Source: Vulcanimicrobiota bacterium
Lineage (GTDB): Bacteria; Vulcanimicrobiota; Vulcanimicrobiia; Vulcanimicrobiales; Vulcanimicrobiaceae
Length of the DNA stretch: 64,000 nt
NCBI GenBank assembly: GCA_963777315.1
Contig: CAVZQC010000001.1
Location: 352,001 to 416,000, forward strand
Direction: 5' to 3'
Of this stretch, positions 59,589 through 64,000 are shown one piece after another. The position numbers and the translations under genes are program-made. Under the pieces are notes generated by a model. That model was not told the DNA's origin. It saw only the letters and a list, made by a program, of their open reading frames with translations, and made no database searches. Position 1 is the stretch's first letter. Each line of letters opens with the position of its first letter.

Positions 59589-60467
59589 ATGAAAGCAGGC
59601 GAAACGCTGCGTGCGCCGGCGAAGCTGAATCTAAGCCTGGAGGTTCTGGCGCGGCGCCCGGACGGATTGCACGGCGTGCGCAGCGTCATGGTTCCGGTCG
59701 ATCTTTTCGACGAACTGCTCGTGAGCAGCGCAGACCGTTTTCAATTCTCCTGCGACGTGCCGGATCTGCAAGCGGACAATGTGATCGAGCGAGCTCTGCA
59801 GGCGATGGGCTTGCGCGAAGCGCCCGTCCGCATCGAGCTGCGCAAACGCATTCCGGTGGGCGGCGGAATGGGCGGCGGCTCGAGCGACGCCGCCGCGGTA
59901 CTGCTGGCCGCGCAGAACGGCGCCTTCGGTCCGGTCGATGCGCCGGACTGGCTCGCGCTCGCGCGCTCGTTGGGTTCCGACGTGCCGTTTTTCTTGGTGC
60001 AAACCGCGGCTCTGGTCGAAGGAACCGGCGATCGAGTCACCGCTTTGGGAACCGTGCCTCCTTGGCATGCGGTCGTGATCCGTCCCCCGGCGTCGATCTC
60101 GACGGCATGGGCGTACGGTCGAATGGACGCGCGCGAGCGCCGTTCGCGGCCGCGAAGTTCAGGGGTGAGCCTGCAAATGGCGCAGGCTCTTCAGCGGCGC
60201 GAATTCGACCGCGTCGTTTCGCTGCTGTCCAACGACTTTGCCGACGTCGCATTGCAATCGGCTCCCCTCGTCGCGCAAGCACTGGACATGCTGCGTGCTG
60301 CCGGTTGCGAGCGCCCGGTGCTGACGGGTTCGGGATCCTGCGTGTTCGGACTGGCGCAAACGCTCGCCCAGCGTGAAGAGGTCGCCGCGCGCGTTCAATT
60401 GCCGCCCGGATTTCAGCTCTACCGATGCTCGTTTTGGAACGGACAAGCGTGGCGCAGCGCGGCGTAA
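59589..60467 (+). CDS. ispE: 4-diphosphocytidyl-2-C-methyl-D-erythritol kinase
   Basis: APAKLNLSL, KRIPVGGGMGGGSSDAAA, LGSDVPFF, NDF, LTGSGS. Confidence 0.95.
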   Translation: MKAGETLRAPAKLNLSLEVLARRPDGLHGVRSVMVPVDLFDELLVSSADRFQFSCDVPDLQADNVIERALQAMGLREAPVRIELRKRIPVGGGMGGGSSDAAAVLLAAQNGAFGPVDAPDWLALARSLGSDVPFFLVQTAALVEGTGDRVTALGTVPPWHAVVIRPPASISTAWAYGRMDARERRSRPRSSGVSLQMAQALQRREFDRVVSLLSNDFADVALQSAPLVAQALDMLRAAGCERPVLTGSGSCVFGLAQTLAQREEVAARVQLPPGFQLYRCSFWNGQAWRSAA

Positions 60468-61225
60468 TCGGCGTCACTGCGCTGGTTTTAGCCGGAGGGC
60501 CGCCCGATGCGCTGTCGGCGCTCGCGCCCGGAGCGCCGAATAAAGCGTTCGTTCCCATCGATGGAACGACGCTGGTCGAACGCACGCTCTCCGCGCTGCG
60601 CGCGACCTCTTCTATATCGCGCATAATCGTGGTAACTCCGCCGAGCGCGCATTCGCATCCGGCGCTGGCGTTAGCGGACGAACGTCGCAGCGACGGCGTG
60701 CGCATTGCAGACAGTCTGCGCAGCGGCTTGGCAGGGCTTGCGCCCGACGAGGCCGTGCTGGTGAGCGCTTCCGACCTGCCCGTTCTGACCGCCGCCTCGA
60801 TCGACGACTACGTTACGCGCGCGTTCGAATCGGATGCCGACCTGACGTACGGATGCGTGGAGAAACGCACGCACGCGGCAAAGTTTGCGGACGTGCCGCA
60901 CACGTGGGTGCCTCTGCGCGGCGGGACGTACTGCGGCACCGGACTTGTGACGATGCGTCCGCGCGTTTGGCCGTCGCTCGAACGTTTCATCGAACGTCTC
61001 GGAAGCGCGCGCAAAAATCCGCTGCAGCTCGCGCGCTTGTTCGGCTGGGCCATTCTGCTGCGCTTTGCAACGCGGCGTTTGTCGATCGCCGATGCCGAAC
61101 GGCGGGCATCGCGCGTCATCGGCGCGCGCGTGCGGGCGGTCATTTCACCGTATCCCGAGATCGCCGTCAACGTCGACCGGGTAAGCGACATCGCGCTGGC
61201 GGAACGGCTGGTTCGTTCGCGCTAG
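60449..61225 (+). CDS. MobA-like nucleotidyltransferase family protein
   Basis: LVLAGG, NKAFVPI, SASDLP, VNVD; start uncertain. Confidence 0.8.
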   Translation: MAQRGVIGVTALVLAGGPPDALSALAPGAPNKAFVPIDGTTLVERTLSALRATSSISRIIVVTPPSAHSHPALALADERRSDGVRIADSLRSGLAGLAPDEAVLVSASDLPVLTAASIDDYVTRAFESDADLTYGCVEKRTHAAKFADVPHTWVPLRGGTYCGTGLVTMRPRVWPSLERFIERLGSARKNPLQLARLFGWAILLRFATRRLSIADAERRASRVIGARVRAVISPYPEIAVNVDRVSDIALAERLVRSR

Positions 61226-61240
61226 GTTCTCTAGCGCGAA

Positions 61241-61801
61241 CTAGCCGCCCGACCAGCGTTCGAACAGGTCATGCTCGACGCCGAATTGATCGAGCGCTTT
61301 GCCGACGGTGTGATCGATAATGTCTTGCACCGTTTGCGGTTTGGCGTACATTGCGGGCATAGGCGGAAGGATCACGGCACCCAGTTCGGCCAGTTGCGCG
61401 AGCGCCCGGAGGTGACCGAGGTGCAGCGGCGTTTCTCGCACCGCCAGCACGAGCTTGCGGCGCTCCTTGAGGCAGACGTCCGCAGCGCGCACGAGCAAGT
61501 TCGCGTTGAACGAATACGCGATGGCGGAAGCGCTTTTTATCGAACACGGCATGACGAGCATTCCGTCCGTTACGAACGAACCGCTCGAAACGGGTGCGGC
61601 CAAGTCGTCGTCGCGATGCACGCGGCCGGCAAGCGCTTCGAATTCTTCCACGCTCTTGTCGGTCTCCAGTTCAATCGTCCGGCGAGCCTGGCTGCTCAAA
61701 ACCAAATGCGTCTGAACGCCTGCATCGCGCAGCGCCTGCAGAGCGCGATAGCCGTACATGCTGCCGCTGGCGCCGCTTATTCCGATGACGATCCGCCGCA
61801 T
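61241..61801 (-). CDS. ubiX: Flavin prenyltransferase
   Basis: GISGASG, SSGS, PCS, RAADVCLKERR, RETP, PPMPAMY. Confidence 0.95.
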   Translation of the reverse strand: MRRIVIGISGASGSMYGYRALQALRDAGVQTHLVLSSQARRTIELETDKSVEEFEALAGRVHRDDDLAAPVSSGSFVTDGMLVMPCSIKSASAIAYSFNANLLVRAADVCLKERRKLVLAVRETPLHLGHLRALAQLAELGAVILPPMPAMYAKPQTVQDIIDHTVGKALDQFGVEHDLFERWSGG

Positions 61802-61838
61802 GGCTTCGCCGTTACACGCGGGCGGCAGGGCCGCCTTC

Positions 61839-63149
61839 GTGAATCTCCAAAGATGCCGCGTGCAGTCTGCGGAGCAACTCGCTTTCATCGACGCGGCTCA
61901 AGCGTGGAGCAGCACGCGCGACGAACGCTTTGCGGGCCGAATGCTGCGATCTCCGTTTTGCGGCGTGCCTTCCGGCGTCGCTGCCGCTTATGCGACGCTG
62001 TGGGCACGCGAGGGCAACCTTCTCGACTCGATCGGCCGCCAGAGGCTGGCATGCGACGTGCGATCGCGCGAAGCGCTTCTGGGATTCGCTGCGGCCTTGA
62101 CGCAGCTCTCGCGTCTTCCCGCTGACTCGGGTTTGGCGCAGCGGCGAGCGGCGATCGCGAATTGCTTTGCACTGGATTGCGCGCCGCCCACGCATGCGGC
62201 CGACGCGGGCGAGCGCGCCGAGTTCGCGCTCGCCGAACCGGTTTCGCCGGAGGCCGGCGCCGGCATCGCAACCGACAATCCGCGCTTTAGCGCATCGCAG
62301 TTGAACACCTACGCCGAATGCCCGCGCAAATGGTTTTATCGCTACCTGTGCGCGGCGGTGGAAGACAAGGGTTCTTCGGCGTCCTTTTACGGCACCGCGT
62401 TTCACGCGGCGCTGGAACGGTTCCACGCCGAATACCCGCAGCCGGGCAACGTGCAGCCGCGCGAACTCGACTCGAAACTGCAGGGATACCTCAATGCCGC
62501 CTTCGAGCGTCATAGCAACGATTTCGAAACGCCGGTCGAACGCGAGCTGCAGGTTCGGCGCGCGCGCCGAACCGCACGCAAATACGTCGAGTGGCTCGTG
62601 GCGCAGGCTCGGCTGGCGCCGTTCACGGTCGTGGGCTGCGAGATTCCCGCCGAGCTGCAGATCGAAGGCTTCGATTTCATCGGATACATCGATCGTTTGG
62701 ACCGCGACGATGCTACGGCGGCCGTTACGGTGATCGACTATAAAACCGGCTCGATCGCGGCAACTGCAGCCGAATACCGCGACAAGGTGCGCCGCTTCAA
62801 GGACTTTCAACTGCCGTTCTACTACTGGGCCCGCAGCGCGCAAGGCGATCGTGTGACGCGCCTGGCGCTGGTGCCGCTCAGGGACGCGCTGCTGGACGTG
62901 CGCCCGATTTCGCTCGAAGTCATCCCGATCGCGCGCGAGACGACCCAATCGCACGGCGTTGCGGGCGTGATTCCGATTTCGGAGCTCGAACGCGCCCGGG
63001 AGCGCATGGTTCAGATTTGCCGAGAACTGACGTGCAGGCAGGCCGAGGCCTTTCCCGTTACCGACGACCCCGCAGCGTGCACGTACTGCTCGTACTCGAT
63101 CTCATGCGCGTACAAACCCTATCCGCGCGAGGAGCGATTCGCGCGGTGA
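61839..63149 (+). CDS. PD-(D/E)XK nuclease with Fe-S staple (AddB/RecB-like nuclease domain)
   Basis: SASQLNTYAECP, GTAFHAALE, GYIDRLD, IDYKTG, QLPFY, CTYCSYSISC; start uncertain. Confidence 0.82.
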   Translation: MNLQRCRVQSAEQLAFIDAAQAWSSTRDERFAGRMLRSPFCGVPSGVAAAYATLWAREGNLLDSIGRQRLACDVRSREALLGFAAALTQLSRLPADSGLAQRRAAIANCFALDCAPPTHAADAGERAEFALAEPVSPEAGAGIATDNPRFSASQLNTYAECPRKWFYRYLCAAVEDKGSSASFYGTAFHAALERFHAEYPQPGNVQPRELDSKLQGYLNAAFERHSNDFETPVERELQVRRARRTARKYVEWLVAQARLAPFTVVGCEIPAELQIEGFDFIGYIDRLDRDDATAAVTVIDYKTGSIAATAAEYRDKVRRFKDFQLPFYYWARSAQGDRVTRLALVPLRDALLDVRPISLEVIPIARETTQSHGVAGVIPISELERARERMVQICRELTCRQAEAFPVTDDPAACTYCSYSISCAYKPYPREERFAR

Positions 63150-64000
63150 GCACGTTCATCGTTGGGCCGGCCGGCTGCGGGAAAACCCACGAACTCGCGC
63201 GCCGCGCACGCGCAACCGCCGATCGCATGCCGGTTTTACTGACGTCTTCTTCCGCGGCATCGCTGAGCGTTTTGGGGGCGCTGATCTGCCATCCCAACGT
63301 GTTCGTGCGCGAGCTGCACGAGGTCGCGCGCGAAATGGTCCCCGCCTCGGAGCCGATCGACGACGTTCGCGCGGCGCAGACTGTTCGAGCAAGCGGCGCA
63401 GCCGCTGCTCGATTTGGAGTGGACGGAATTCATCGAAGCCGAGCTCGACCCCGAAGTGCCCGGCCTGCGGGCTCCGGGACGTTTTTTGGACGCGGCCTTC
63501 CGGCTGTTGTGCAAGCTGCGCGACGCGGGCATTTCGCCGGAGCAGTTCTTGGAAAGCTCGCTGCGCGGCGCCGCTCAGTTCTATGCAAAACCTCCGAATC
63601 TCGCGCATCCGGACTTGCTGTACTATACGAAGGACAGACTACCGCGATTCACTCGATGCGAATTCGAGTGAATTGCAGCGCCAATACCGCCGCGAAGTAG
63701 ATCTGGCGAAAATCCTTGCCAAACTGTATCGAGCGTATCTGGATCATCCCGTTCGCCATGGCTGCCTGACCGCGCGCGATGCAGTTGCGCAGGCGACGCG
63801 CGTGGCTGGCGAGGACGCTGCAGTTGCGCACCGCGTGCGCGAGCGATATCCGGCGGTCTTCATCGACGATGCGCAAGAACTCACGCTGAGCGAGCTGCAT
63901 TTTCTCACGGCGCTCTATGGTGAGAATCTCGAGGGAGCGACGCTGGCCGGCGACATGGAATCGGCCACGTCGGCGTTCCGGGGCGCTCGACCGGATCGCG
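63146..64000 (+). CDS. UvrD/AddA-like superfamily 1 helicase, partial, with two frameshifts (63380, 63638)
   Basis: GTG overlapping the nuclease stop; GPAGCGKT (motif I); after correction VFIDDAQE (motif II) and AGDMESATSAFRGA (motif III); runs off window. Confidence 0.78.

Noticed and set aside
1..64000. CRISPR arrays, tRNA/rRNA, IS elements, prophage
   Set aside because: No spaced direct repeats, RNA gene signatures, transposase or integrase motifs, or compositional island seen by eye; nearly all sequence is explained by CDSs

Overview
GC-rich bacterial chromosomal segment, densely coding (about 58 CDS), with no rRNA, tRNA, CRISPR array, integrase or transposase that I can recognise. The organism is probably diderm (TolC, probable outer-membrane protein). 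Gene style suggests a soil Terrabacteria lineage such as Eremiobacterota/Vulcanimicrobiota, but that is inference only. Contents in order: 5' end of rnj; a Yip1-TolC-adaptor-two permease-ATPase (YknWXYZ/MacAB-like) operon; htrA; dnaK-grpE-dnaJ-VOC; ABC exporters; scoAB and acyl-CoA dehydrogenase; a Lys-rich secreted miniprotein; VIT1; a serine hydrolase; three S9 peptidases with nth, mutY, an ANT-like gene and a MocR regulator; lpdA-lipB-lipA; an orphan RND pump; an OMP-like plus SGNH lipoprotein pair; gdhA; ychF; mtnP; a long minus-strand run pdxS-pdxT-HNH-bioD-decarboxylase-AAA/R3H-tmk-holB; a glycoside hydrolase; ispE; ubiX; and a PD-(D/E)XK nuclease followed by a UvrD-like helicase. At least eight frameshifts interrupt otherwise intact genes and are probably assembly errors. 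Best leads: (1) a candidate leader-peptide/attenuator upstream of the amino-acid decarboxylase; (2) clustering of frameshifts at AGCT, a possible methylation footprint in sequencing errors; (3) a recurring ECF-type promoter (TG(A/G)AAC-N16/17-CGT(A/T)) ahead of envelope and heat-stress genes; (4) an Asr-like basic miniprotein; (5) a roughly 107-nt hairpin filling the dnaK-grpE spacer.
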